From assembly GCA_963778945.1 (NCBI GenBank), contig CAVZWL010000014.1, positions 152,387-216,386 on the forward strand: a stretch of DNA of 64,000 nt, written 5' to 3'. Numbering within the stretch: the first letter of the stretch is position 1; the number at the start of each line of letters is the position of its first letter. A model generated the notes under the pieces. That model ran no database searches. It was not told the origin of the DNA and was given only the letters and a program-made list of their open reading frames with translations. Shown here in pieces: positions 1 to 9,174 of the stretch. The DNA comes from Ignavibacteriota bacterium. GTDB lineage: Bacteria; Bacteroidota; Ignavibacteria; UBA10030. The position numbers were made by a program, and so were the translations under genes.

Positions 1-918
1 CCGTATGGCGAGTGGATTGAATTCAACGATGGAGCGCAGGTTTGGCGCCCATTTAATCTTCCCCCCCAATGGCGGCCGTATTCTCTGGGACGCTGGGAAT
101 GGACCGATGAGGGCTGGTATTGGATATCCGACGAACCTTTTGGATGGATTGTTTACCATTACGGGCGCTGGTACTACGATGATTTTTATGGATGGGTATG
201 GATGCCTGACGATGTCTGGGCCCCATCCTGGGTTGAATGGCGTTCCAGCGACGATTGCATCGGGTGGGCGCCTTTGCCGCCGTATGCAGTTTTCGATTTT
301 TCATTAGGTTTGCATTATTCCCGGCATTGGAGAGCGCCCGAGCATTACTGGTCATTCGTACGATATGATAGATTTACACTTAATTTTCGACGGAATGATT
401 TCATGAACAGAGAGGATGTCCACCGAGTTTTCGGCAGTACGCGGGATGCATCAAGATATGAAATTGAACGCGGTCATGTTGTCAATCGCGGTTTTGCACC
501 GAATGAGATTTCGCGCCTCGGAAACATCCGCATTGAACAACGGATGATAAGCGAACGGCAATTTCCGGGGGAACATTATGCGAATTTGCATGAATCGAAG
601 ATTGAAGTCTATCGTCCCGCACCGGCCGAACTTCACCGGCCGCTTTCATCTCCGAATTTCCGCAAAGGCGAACGCCCGCTTTCAGGAGATTTTCACAGCG
701 TTTCCAGAATGCAAACACCGGCGTCCAGAGTCGTGCCGGGTACTGGATCAGTTCATCCTTCTGTCTCACGAAATCAAAAAAACGCCCTGCATCAGGAACA
801 AGCGACTGTGAAACCGCAAAAAGAAAGGCGCCAGCAGCTTATGGAGCGCCACAACCGGGACCGCAATACGGGACCTGCATTGCATCAGCCGAAAATGAAA
901 TCAGGCAGGAGAGAATAA
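1..918 (+). CDS. W/G-rich repeat protein, DUF6600-like, 5'-truncated by the window edge, with a basic low-complexity C-terminal tail
   Basis: Frame 1 is open from base 1 (PYGEWIEFNDGAQVWRPF..GRWEWTDEGWYWISDEPFGWIVYHYGRWYYDDFYGWVWMP..WVEW..IGWAPLPPY) and runs into the 202..918 ORF. The repeated GW/WxxGxW motifs are as I recall for DUF6600-type proteins. Family call is from memory only. Confidence 0.55.
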   Translation, partial: PYGEWIEFNDGAQVWRPFNLPPQWRPYSLGRWEWTDEGWYWISDEPFGWIVYHYGRWYYDDFYGWVWMPDDVWAPSWVEWRSSDDCIGWAPLPPYAVFDFSLGLHYSRHWRAPEHYWSFVRYDRFTLNFRRNDFMNREDVHRVFGSTRDASRYEIERGHVVNRGFAPNEISRLGNIRIEQRMISERQFPGEHYANLHESKIEVYRPAPAELHRPLSSPNFRKGERPLSGDFHSVSRMQTPASRVVPGTGSVHPSVSRNQKNALHQEQATVKPQKERRQQLMERHNRDRNTGPALHQPKMKSGRRE

Positions 919-938
919 GAAAGTCTGAGTTTGTTATA

Positions 939-1005
939 AGTTCTTGGTTCTGAGTTCTTAGTTCTGAGTGCTTAGTTCTTGGTCGGTTCATTGGTTTTTT
1001 ATTTA
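939..1005. repeat. Short imperfect tandem repeat (unit about AGTTCTTRGTTCTG, 3-4 copies)
   Basis: Read directly from the sequence: aGTTCTTGGTTCTGAGTTCTTAGTTCTGAGTGCTTAGTTCTTGGTcggttcattggtt, immediately after the stop at 918. Confidence 0.5.
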
Positions 1006-1222
1006 TTTGGTGGTGTTCAACGAGAACGACGAACTCAATACCATAGTGGGATGCCCGGAAATTTCTTTATGATTCACATTTTTTACTATTCACCATTTGC
1101 AATCTGCTCAATAAAATCTCATTTTTCTGCAAAAAACGCTAAAAATCCTTCTTAGACGCTGGATTGTTTATTTCATCCCCCCATAAAACATTTTTTTGAA
1201 ACTGTTTTTTTTGATTAAACCA

Positions 1223-1278
1223 TTTCCATACTGAGATGTCTAAACGCTAACACGTTTTATGGAAAGTTCTTTTTTTTC
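1223..1278 (+). terminator. Hairpin plus T-run (terminator-like, plus-strand orientation)
   Basis: tttccata (1223-1230) pairs with tatggaaa (1259-1266) and is followed by gttcTTTTTTTT. The 28-nt loop is long, so confidence is weak. Confidence 0.3.
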
Positions 1279-1330
1279 GAGAAACAAGCTTATACCGAGG
1301 CGAAGTTGAGTGGTCTTTGCCTCAAATAGA

Positions 1331-1393
1331 AGAGAACGGATGCTTTTGAGTCCTCGTGGTGGAGGGGCCTAAGTTTGCCGTTCTCTTTTTTTT
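1331..1393 (+). terminator. 9-bp stem hairpin followed by T8. It is a strong plus-strand terminator-like element abutting the rluD stop.
   Basis: agagaacgg (1331-1339) pairs with ccgttctct (1378-1386), then TTTTTTTT follows. An inner cctc/gagg stem is possible. The U-tract is on the plus strand, although the only adjacent gene end (rluD) is on the minus strand. Confidence 0.45.
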
Positions 1394-2381
1394 ATTTTGC
1401 CTCAGAAAATTGAAAACTCGCCAATATCTCTTTCATGTCTTCGGGTAATTCAGAATCGAATCGCATAAATTCCTTCGTCGCAGGATGGACGAATCCGATC
1501 GTTTTGGCGTGGAGCGCTTGCCGCGGGATTTTTTTAAGCAAGTTTGCCGCCCGCTGTGTTTGAGAACCATCCAATCCTCCCCATGTACTGCTTCGCCCGC
1601 CGTACGTCGGATCCCCGAATACCGGATGCCCGATGTGAGCAAGATGAACTCGAATCTGATGTGTCCGTCCTGTTTTGAGATGCAATCTGACCAGCGAAAG
1701 AAAATCCAGGTTTGCAAGCACTTTATACTCCGTCACCGCATGTTTTCCCTCTTTTGTGACGGCAATTTTTTTCCGATCCTTTTTACTCCGGCCAAGGTTC
1801 GCATCGATCTCCCCTTTCTGTTTATCAAATGCACCCCAGACAACTGCCCAGTATTCCCGTTCAATCGTGCGCCTGGAAAATTGATCTGCCAGGAATACAT
1901 GAGATTGATCCGTCTTCGCGACAACCATGAGACCGGTGGTGTCTTTATCCAGACGATGAACAATGCCGGGACGCAGCGCTGTATTCATGGAAGACAGAGA
2001 GTTGCAATGATACAGCAAAGCATTCACCAGCGTTCCTGTATAATTCCCGTAAGCAGGATGCGTAACCATTCCAGCCGCTTTGTTAACGATCAGCAGCGTA
2101 TCATCTTCATAGACTATATCCAGGGGAATGTTTTCCGACAGAGCGTCGGGAGCTTCGGGATGCGGCAGTGTGACAAGTATATTGTCGTTCGGATTGAGCC
2201 GGTAGCTCGATTTTATTTTTTTCCCGTTCACAAGAACCAATCCGGCTTCGATGCCCGACTGAACCTTGCTGCGAGTCGCATTCATGATGCGCTGTGTAAG
2301 ATATACGTCAATCCGTTTACGATGTTCCCCCGGCGGAACAATGATATGAATTTTCTGCCGGTCATCTGCCCTGTCAATCAT
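1392..2381 (-). CDS. rluD: 23S rRNA pseudouridine synthase, RluA/RluD family
   Basis: Intact 329-aa ORF with an N-terminal S4-like region and the catalytic motif HRLDKDTTGLMVVAK, plus KTGRTHQIRVHLAHIGHPVFGD. Confidence 0.9.
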   Translation of the reverse strand: MIDRADDRQKIHIIVPPGEHRKRIDVYLTQRIMNATRSKVQSGIEAGLVLVNGKKIKSSYRLNPNDNILVTLPHPEAPDALSENIPLDIVYEDDTLLIVNKAAGMVTHPAYGNYTGTLVNALLYHCNSLSSMNTALRPGIVHRLDKDTTGLMVVAKTDQSHVFLADQFSRRTIEREYWAVVWGAFDKQKGEIDANLGRSKKDRKKIAVTKEGKHAVTEYKVLANLDFLSLVRLHLKTGRTHQIRVHLAHIGHPVFGDPTYGGRSSTWGGLDGSQTQRAANLLKKIPRQALHAKTIGFVHPATKEFMRFDSELPEDMKEILASFQFSEAK

Positions 2382-2429
2382 TGCTGCTCCGGATGTTTCG
2401 ATTGCTCGATGCGCGAATTGAATGAGTCG

Positions 2430-3095
2430 TTATATGGGTTTCCCTTCGCTGCTCATATCCGATTCCCCGATATTCGGCATTCCGCTTTGCTGCGGGCCGC
2501 CGAGGGGCGATCCGGTTTTCGGCATATCCGCCGTAAGGCCTGCGTCTGATTCATTTTTCTTTCTTTCCGGTGCACGGTGAAACATCAGCATTAAAACCAG
2601 TCCGACGCTGACCGATGCATCTGCAATATTATATACTGCAAACCGATTCATGTGAATTCCGAAAAGATTGATTTTAAAAAAATCCATATCGATAAAATCC
2701 ACGACCTTTCCGTACATCAGCGGCCCTTCGCCGAACAGGACACCATAGAATATTCTATCGATAAGATTGCCTACTGCGCCGCCGAGAATCATAGCAAAAG
2801 GCAGACGATTGAGAAAACGTTCGTGACGAATGCTGTAGAGATACCATGCAATTGCAGCAGCGGCAATACCGGTGACAAGAACCAGGATGGGACGGTGCTC
2901 GACCTCAATGCCGAACGCCATACCCGGATTCTCCACAAACGTCAGGCGAAGGAAACTTCCGATGAGGGAAATACTTTCTCCAAGCTGCATGCCGGGATAA
3001 TAGATGTGCAGAAACGGCAGCGCAATACCTTTGACAAAAAATTTTGTCAGTTGATCGGCGATGACGACTGTCAATGTAATATAGAACGCCTTCAC
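2430..3095 (-). CDS. lspA: Lipoprotein signal peptidase II with a roughly 50-aa hydrophilic C-terminal extension
   Basis: Motifs DQLTKFFVKG, FVENPGMAFG, GGAVGNLIDR and YNIADASVSVG. The likely start is GTG at 3095, preceded by GGAGGG. The longer 3212 start in the ORF track overlaps the dksA-like gene. Confidence 0.85.
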   Translation of the reverse strand: MKAFYITLTVVIADQLTKFFVKGIALPFLHIYYPGMQLGESISLIGSFLRLTFVENPGMAFGIEVEHRPILVLVTGIAAAAIAWYLYSIRHERFLNRLPFAMILGGAVGNLIDRIFYGVLFGEGPLMYGKVVDFIDMDFFKINLFGIHMNRFAVYNIADASVSVGLVLMLMFHRAPERKKNESDAGLTADMPKTGSPLGGPQQSGMPNIGESDMSSEGKPI

Positions 3096-3177
3096 TCTTT
3101 TTCCCTCCGAGAGCAATAAAAAAGCCGGCGATGCTTTTCCGAAATCACCGCCAGCTTCAGTTTCATGACTCGTTTCG

Positions 3178-3705
3178 TTATGGATTATTTTTTTGCAATT
3201 TGCACTTAACACAAAGTGTTGAATGCGGAACCGCTTCCAGACGTTCTTTATCGATCAGTTTCCCGCATTCAGTACAAAAGCCGTAATCTCCCCGTTCGAT
3301 TCTCTTGAGAGCATCGTCCAGATAATTTAAGAATTTTCCTTCCCGCGATGCAAAAAGAAATGTCTTTTCACGCTCCATCGCATCGGTTCCCTGTTCCATA
3401 TGCAGCGAATATGTCGAGTTTTCAATTTCATACTGACCGGTCGTCACGTCCATCATCGTGGACTTTAACGATTCAAGCTCTTCGAGTATTTCCTGCCTTT
3501 TGGCAAGAATCACTTCCTTAAAATGGGCGAGATCTTCTTTGTTGAAACCCTTTTTTGTAACAGCTTTCGTCTCCGGAAATTTTGTTTTGACCTGGACGGC
3601 TTTCACAGGTTTAAGCTTTTTGGGCTTTGCGTTCTGCTTCGCGGTTTTTTTCGCTATTTTTTTTACAGCTTTTTTTGTCGCCTTCGTTGCCGTTTTCTTT
3701 GCCAT
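3178..3705 (-). CDS. DksA/TraR-family C4 zinc-finger protein with a Lys/Ala-rich N-terminal tail
   Basis: C-terminal CTECGKLIDKERLEAVPHSTLCVKCK (a CxxC..CxxC finger). The N-terminal 42 aa read MAKKTATKATKKAVKKIAKKTAKQNAKPKKLKP. Confidence 0.8.
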   Translation of the reverse strand: MAKKTATKATKKAVKKIAKKTAKQNAKPKKLKPVKAVQVKTKFPETKAVTKKGFNKEDLAHFKEVILAKRQEILEELESLKSTMMDVTTGQYEIENSTYSLHMEQGTDAMEREKTFLFASREGKFLNYLDDALKRIERGDYGFCTECGKLIDKERLEAVPHSTLCVKCKLQKNNP

Positions 3706-3765
3706 ACTGATCTCCCAAACTCCGGAAATGGATGCAGCACTGAATAATAGGTTTACAAATATACG

Positions 3766-6700
3766 CTATTTTTTTTCAACCGCAAGTGCAGTCTGTTCTC
3801 CGTTAATATCTTCTTCCTTTGCCTGCTTGAGTTTCAAGTCTTCCAGGGAGAGTGGACAAATGTCGACTGCCAGCGTTTCCTGTGCGATATAATCACGAAG
3901 CTCCGTCAGGACTTTCGTCAGGGGCTCGGATGAATGATGATAAATCGCAATACGATCGGTCACCTCGAATCCCGCATCCTTGCGCATGTTTTGGATGCGA
4001 TTGACAAATTCACGCGCAAGCCCTTCCTGTACAAGTGCAGGCGTTAATTCCGTTTCAAGAGCGACAGTAAGAGATCCATCCTGGCCGACGAGCCAGCCCT
4101 TAATATCTTCCGCGAGGATAGCCGCATCTTCGCGCTGTATTGCAATATTCTTTCCGTCGACGTCGATTTCGATACATCCTTCCGCATCGAGTCTTTGGAT
4201 TTCCATTGGATGAAAAGAACGTATTCTTTCCGCAATTTTCGAGGTCAACTTACCGTGCTTTTGTCCCAGGACTTTAAAATTCGGCTTGATTTTATATTGA
4301 ATAATATCATTGCTTACTTTGACATCTAATTCTTTGACATTCGTTTCTTCCAGAATAATGTCTTTAACTTTTTCGAGCATATCTGATTCGGATTTATCTT
4401 TAACCGGGATCAATATTTTTTGCAGCGGCTGCCGAACTTTCAAGTTCGATTTCATGCGCATTGAGCGTACGATGCCGACGATCCGCATGGCATGTTCCAT
4501 TCTGTCCTCAAGCTCCAAATCGATGCATTCTTCCCGGAATTCCGGAACCGTCTCCAAATGAACGGAGAGTTTTGCCTCTTTGCTTCCGGCAGCAAGATTT
4601 TGATACAGTGTTTCCGCTAAAAACGGAGCAAAAGGCGCGATGAGCCGAGTTATCGAGGACAAACATTCATGGAGAGTTTGATATGCGGCAGTCTTGTCTT
4701 TGCCGGTTTCACCTTTCCAGAACCGCCGCCGATTACGCCGAACGTACCAATTCGAAAGATAATCGACCGTAAAGCCGCTTACCGCCCGCGCTGCCTTTGT
4801 GAGGTCATAACTTTCCATACATTTTTGGTATTCTTTCACCAGCGAATCGAGTGCTGAAAGTATCCAGCGGTCGATTTCCTGCCGTTCCGACAGCTGAAGA
4901 ACAGGCTCGTTTCCCGTGAAGCCGTCGATATTTGCGTAGAGAGCGTAGAAAGAATATGTATTGACCAGCGTGCTGAAAAATTTTCGCTGTACTTCTCCGA
5001 TGCCTTCTTCGTCGAAAAGAGTCGTACGCCATGGAGGGCTCTGTGCAATAAGATACCACCGCACGGCATCAGCGCCGTATTTTTGCATTAGGACAAAAGG
5101 GTCGACAGAATTCTTTTTCGTCTTCGACATTTTTTGCCCCTGCTTATCGAGAATCAGTTCGTTGACCAGCACATTCTTAAAAGCCGGTTTCTTAAATAGA
5201 AACGATCCAATCGAGTGCAGCGTATAGAACCATCCGCGTGTCTGATCGATGCCTTCGGAGATAAAATCCGCTGGATATGATTTTTCGAATATTTCCTTGT
5301 TCTCGAACGGGTAATGCCATTGGGCGAACGGCATGGAGCCGGAATCGAACCATACGTCGATTAATTCGGGGGTCCTTTGCATAATCCCGCCGCAGGAACA
5401 TTCGAATGTTACGCCGTCGACATGAGGTTTATGAAGATCGACCGGGTCCGAAAGTCCTTTTCCTTTTTTCAGTTCTTCAAGAGACCCCACGCATTTTTGT
5501 TTTCCGCACTCTCCGCAGATCCAGATCGGCAGAGGCGTTCCCCAAAACCGGTCGCGCGACAACGCCCAATCTTTGTTTTCTTCCAGCCAATTGCCGAAAC
5601 GACCCGATCCGACTTCCGGCGGGATCCAGTTGATTTCTTTGTTCAAATCGATCATACGTTGAGCATACTCCGTGGTTCGAATGTACCACGATTCCCGCGC
5701 GTAATACAGCAGCGGCGATGAGCAGCGCCAGCAATGCGGGTAACTGTGCTGGTGCATTTCTTTTTTGAATAAAATGCCCCGGTGTTTGAGGTCGGCAACG
5801 ATGTCCGCATCGGCGTCTTTAACAAATTTTCCCGCAAACGGCGGGACATCAGCGTCGAATTCTCCTGATTTGTTCACGGGATGAATCGTCGGCAGTTTAT
5901 ATTTTCTTCCGACCTGATAATCGTCTTCACCGTACGCCGGCGCCATATGCACGATACCGGAACCGTCTTCCGTCGTGACAAAATCCGCACAAACGACATA
6001 CCATCCCTTTTCTTCAACAGGATGAAAAGAATACAGGCGATCGTATTCTTTTCCTGCAAGTGCCGCTCCTTTGAACTTTTCAAGCACGCTATATTCATCG
6101 CCCATTACCGATAAACGCGCCTCGGCAAGAATAATTTTTTGATCCTTGTGCTTTACTTTTACATAATCTACTTCGGGATGGACGGCGATGGCAACATTGG
6201 AAATCAGCGTCCAAGGAGTCGTCGTCCAGACGAGAAAATAGGTATTTTCCTCCCCTTTCACTTTCAGTTTTATATAAACGGATGGATCTTTAACATCCTT
6301 ATATCCCAGCGAGACTTCGTGCGATGAGAGCGGTGTTTCACAACGGGGACAGTACGGCTGGATCTTATAACCTTTGTAAATCAGCCCCTGATTAAAATAC
6401 TGCTGCATCGCCCACCAAATGGATTCTATGTAGTTGTTTTCGAAAGTTACGTATGGATGATCAAGGTCGACCCAATAACCCATCATCTTTGTCATCTCTT
6501 CCCAATCAGCTTTATACTTCCACACCGATTTCCGGCAATCTTCATTAAATTTCGCTACGCCATACTTGACGATATCGTCTTTGTGCTTGAAACCGAGAGT
6601 CTTTTCGACCTCGATCTCCACGGGCAATCCGTGCGTATCCCATCCGGCTTTTCGGGGAACCTGATATCCTTTCATGGTTTTATATCGGCACACGATATCT

Positions 6701-6894
6701 TTAAGCGTACGGGCCATAACGTGATGAATGCCCGGGCGACCGTTCGCCGTCGGCGGACCCTCATAAAATGTAAATTGCGGTCTGCCCTCCCGTTCGTCGA
6801 TGCTCTTTTTAAAAATTTGATTTTCATCCCAGAATTTTCGAATTCCGGATTCGAGTTCGTGGTAATTAATTTTATCGTTCAGCTGTTTAAACAT
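3766..6894 (-). CDS. ileS: Isoleucyl-tRNA synthetase (long, type-2-like form)
   Basis: Intact 1042-aa ORF with PPTANGRPGIHHV (HIGH region), KMSKTKKN (KMSKS) and typical editing-domain length. Confidence 0.95.
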   Translation of the reverse strand: MFKQLNDKINYHELESGIRKFWDENQIFKKSIDEREGRPQFTFYEGPPTANGRPGIHHVMARTLKDIVCRYKTMKGYQVPRKAGWDTHGLPVEIEVEKTLGFKHKDDIVKYGVAKFNEDCRKSVWKYKADWEEMTKMMGYWVDLDHPYVTFENNYIESIWWAMQQYFNQGLIYKGYKIQPYCPRCETPLSSHEVSLGYKDVKDPSVYIKLKVKGEENTYFLVWTTTPWTLISNVAIAVHPEVDYVKVKHKDQKIILAEARLSVMGDEYSVLEKFKGAALAGKEYDRLYSFHPVEEKGWYVVCADFVTTEDGSGIVHMAPAYGEDDYQVGRKYKLPTIHPVNKSGEFDADVPPFAGKFVKDADADIVADLKHRGILFKKEMHQHSYPHCWRCSSPLLYYARESWYIRTTEYAQRMIDLNKEINWIPPEVGSGRFGNWLEENKDWALSRDRFWGTPLPIWICGECGKQKCVGSLEELKKGKGLSDPVDLHKPHVDGVTFECSCGGIMQRTPELIDVWFDSGSMPFAQWHYPFENKEIFEKSYPADFISEGIDQTRGWFYTLHSIGSFLFKKPAFKNVLVNELILDKQGQKMSKTKKNSVDPFVLMQKYGADAVRWYLIAQSPPWRTTLFDEEGIGEVQRKFFSTLVNTYSFYALYANIDGFTGNEPVLQLSERQEIDRWILSALDSLVKEYQKCMESYDLTKAARAVSGFTVDYLSNWYVRRNRRRFWKGETGKDKTAAYQTLHECLSSITRLIAPFAPFLAETLYQNLAAGSKEAKLSVHLETVPEFREECIDLELEDRMEHAMRIVGIVRSMRMKSNLKVRQPLQKILIPVKDKSESDMLEKVKDIILEETNVKELDVKVSNDIIQYKIKPNFKVLGQKHGKLTSKIAERIRSFHPMEIQRLDAEGCIEIDVDGKNIAIQREDAAILAEDIKGWLVGQDGSLTVALETELTPALVQEGLAREFVNRIQNMRKDAGFEVTDRIAIYHHSSEPLTKVLTELRDYIAQETLAVDICPLSLEDLKLKQAKEEDINGEQTALAVEKK

Positions 6895-6959
6895 TTTTTT
6901 ACTTTTTATAAAACATTGCGTTCATTAAATATTGCAGTTCACGGTTTACCGTTCGCCGT

Positions 6960-7781
6960 TCACAATCTCTTAATAACTTCCATCATAATTGCGGTCATTT
7001 TCGGCTCTGCTTTCCGTGCGGTCTTGATAATATCTTCCATCAACGCCGGTTTGAGAGCATCGGGAAAACATTCATCGGTAAGGATAGAAAAACCGAGCAC
7101 CTTCATCCCCATATGAACGGCAACAATATCTTCCGGCACAGTCGACATACCGACCGCATCCCCTCCGATCATTCGCAGGAATCTATATTCGGCACGCGTC
7201 TCCAGCGCCGGTCCCTGCATGGCTATATAAACTCCCTTCCTTAAAGAAATCTTCAGATCGATTGCCGCCTCCTCGGCAAGAGCGATCAATCCGCCGTCAT
7301 ACGGTTCAGACATATCCGGAAAACGGGGTCCAAGATCTTCGTCGTTCGGGCCAATGAGGGGATTGTCTCCGAGGAGATTGATATGATCCGACATGAGCAT
7401 CACATCGCCTTTTTGAAACAGCGGATTCAGCGCTCCCGCTGCGTTGGAAACCAGCAATGTATTGACGCCAAGAAATTTCATCACCCGAACGGGAAACGTT
7501 GCCTGCTGGAGCGTGTATCCTTCGTATTTATGAAATCGCCCTTGCATAGCGACGACTTTTTTTCCGGCAAGTGTTCCGAAAATCAGCTTTCCTTTGTGAG
7601 TTTCCACGGTCGATAGGGGAAAATGCGGAATGTCGCTGTAATCGATCAGAGTTTCCTTCTTAATTTCTTTGGCAAGTCCGCCCAGACCGGTACCGAGAAT
7701 AATTCCGACGGCCGGTTTGAGCGGCGTCTTAGTACGGATAAAATCCAGCGCTTCCGCTATGTGTGTGCGCAGATCGTCCAT
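6960..7781 (-). CDS. punA: Purine nucleoside phosphorylase (PunA/PNP family 2)
   Basis: Motifs [40 protein letters not shown] and GMSTVPE. The start is set at [12 protein letters not shown] (7781) to avoid overlap with the divIVA-like gene. Confidence 0.85.
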   Translation of the reverse strand: MDDLRTHIAEALDFIRTKTPLKPAVGIILGTGLGGLAKEIKKETLIDYSDIPHFPLSTVETHKGKLIFGTLAGKKVVAMQGRFHKYEGYTLQQATFPVRVMKFLGVNTLLVSNAAGALNPLFQKGDVMLMSDHINLLGDNPLIGPNDEDLGPRFPDMSEPYDGGLIALAEEAAIDLKISLRKGVYIAMQGPALETRAEYRFLRMIGGDAVGMSTVPEDIVAVHMGMKVLGFSILTDECFPDALKPALMEDIIKTARKAEPKMTAIMMEVIKRL

Positions 7782-7794
7782 CGTGCTTTCCTTG

Positions 7795-8322
7795 CTACAA
7801 CTTTTTAAAAATTTCCTCGAGTTCAAGATTTTCTTTCCCGGATCCCTTTGAAAGGTTTTTCGCTTCATCGTCGTCGCCGATGGCGAGTGCACGGATCAAA
7901 TCGAGTTCCGAGGAAAGAAGTATTTTTAATTTGCTGAGAGCGCTTTCTTTTCGCGCTTTGAGAGACGAAATTTCTTCCTTCACCTTTGCAAAGTCGAGCC
8001 GGGCTTTTTCAATAATCTGCGTTGCCTTGACCTCCGCCTCTTTGACAATAAGCTCCGCTTCGCGTTTGGAGTTTTCAATCGATTTGCCGCTGGTTTCCTG
8101 CGCCTGCATCAAAGTCTGCTGCAGCGTTTTTTCGATATTCTTGTAATCGGCGAGCTGCGTTTCCAGCGCGATGATTTTATCCTTATGCTCCCTGTTCAGG
8201 CGGACATATTCCTCAAGCTCGTTCGAGAGCATCTCGAGAAAAGTATCCACTTCCACGGTGTCGTACCCGCGCATAACTTTTTTGAATTTTTGATGTTTTA
8301 CTTCAAGCGGTGTAATTTTCAT
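7795..8322 (-). CDS. DivIVA-domain protein
   Basis: N-terminal [32 protein letters not shown], followed by coiled-coil sequence. Confidence 0.85.
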   Translation of the reverse strand: MKITPLEVKHQKFKKVMRGYDTVEVDTFLEMLSNELEEYVRLNREHKDKIIALETQLADYKNIEKTLQQTLMQAQETSGKSIENSKREAELIVKEAEVKATQIIEKARLDFAKVKEEISSLKARKESALSKLKILLSSELDLIRALAIGDDDEAKNLSKGSGKENLELEEIFKKL

Positions 8323-8331
8323 ATCCGAGCC

Positions 8332-9031
8332 TCATAAGGTTTTGTTTAATCGCGTGCCGAAAATTGCCGTTCCTATTCTGATCATCGTTGCACCTTCTTC
8401 GATCGCCACTTCAAAATCATGCGACATTCCCATCGAGAGATGCTCCATAAAAATATTTTCAATTGCTTCTTTTTCAACTGCCCGCTTTACATCCGCCAAA
8501 CGCCTGAAAGAGGAACGTGCTTTTTCCGGATTATCTGAGAACGGCCCCATCGTCATCAAACCGCAGACCCTGAGGTTCCGGAATTTTGAAAGCAGCCGGG
8601 CAAGTTCGATTGTTTTTTCCGGAGCAACACCCTCTTTGGTCGCCTCGTCGGTTGTATGTACCTCAATAAAGACGTCCTGCACTCTCCCCGCTCGCTCGGC
8701 CCGTTTGGAGATTTCCTCGCCGAGTCGCGCATCATCGACCGAGTGAATGAGATGCACGTATTCGGCTATATATTTTACCTTGTTCGACTGAAGATGGCCG
8801 ATAAAATGCCAGCGGAACGAAGCATCACTCAACCCGTTTTTTTTTCAGGTTCAATTCCTGAACATAATTTTCACCGAAATCATAAATACCGCACTCTACC
8901 GCTTGCCTTATACGATCCGGCGAAACAGTCTTTGAAACGGCAATGAGCTGAATTTCGCCGCTCTTGCGGCCGCATCTGCTGCAAGCCATTTGGATGCGTT
9001 CGCGCAAGCTTCGTATATTCTCAGCAATCAT
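8332..9031 (-). CDS. yggS: YggS-family PLP homeostasis protein, split by one frameshift
   Basis: The N-terminal piece (8825..9031, ..GENYVQELNLKKK) and the C-terminal piece (8332..8832, SFRWHFIGHLQSNK..MGMSHDFEVAIEEGATMIRIGTAIFG) join across a T9 run at 8837-8845. Confidence 0.8.
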
Positions 9032-9174
9032 TTTTTATCATAAAAATTAAATGTACTCCAATAATCGGCGAAAATCAATGAAGTCCGGCTTGGCTTCAAA
9101 TCATTGTTCTGTTTTCTTGACTTACACTCTGGATTTTATTTTATTATGGTATAAAGAGTCTAAAGGCGAGTTGC

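Noticed and set aside
1485-2549. 354-aa plus-strand ORF
   Set aside because: It is entirely antisense to the well-supported rluD (and the lspA 3' end). The sequence is Cys/Arg/Phe-rich with no recognisable motif, which is typical of a shadow ORF.
6457-7116. 219-aa plus-strand ORF spanning the ileS start and the PNP gene end
   Set aside because: It is antisense to two confidently identified genes, has a low-complexity hydrophobic composition, and crosses an intergenic spacer.
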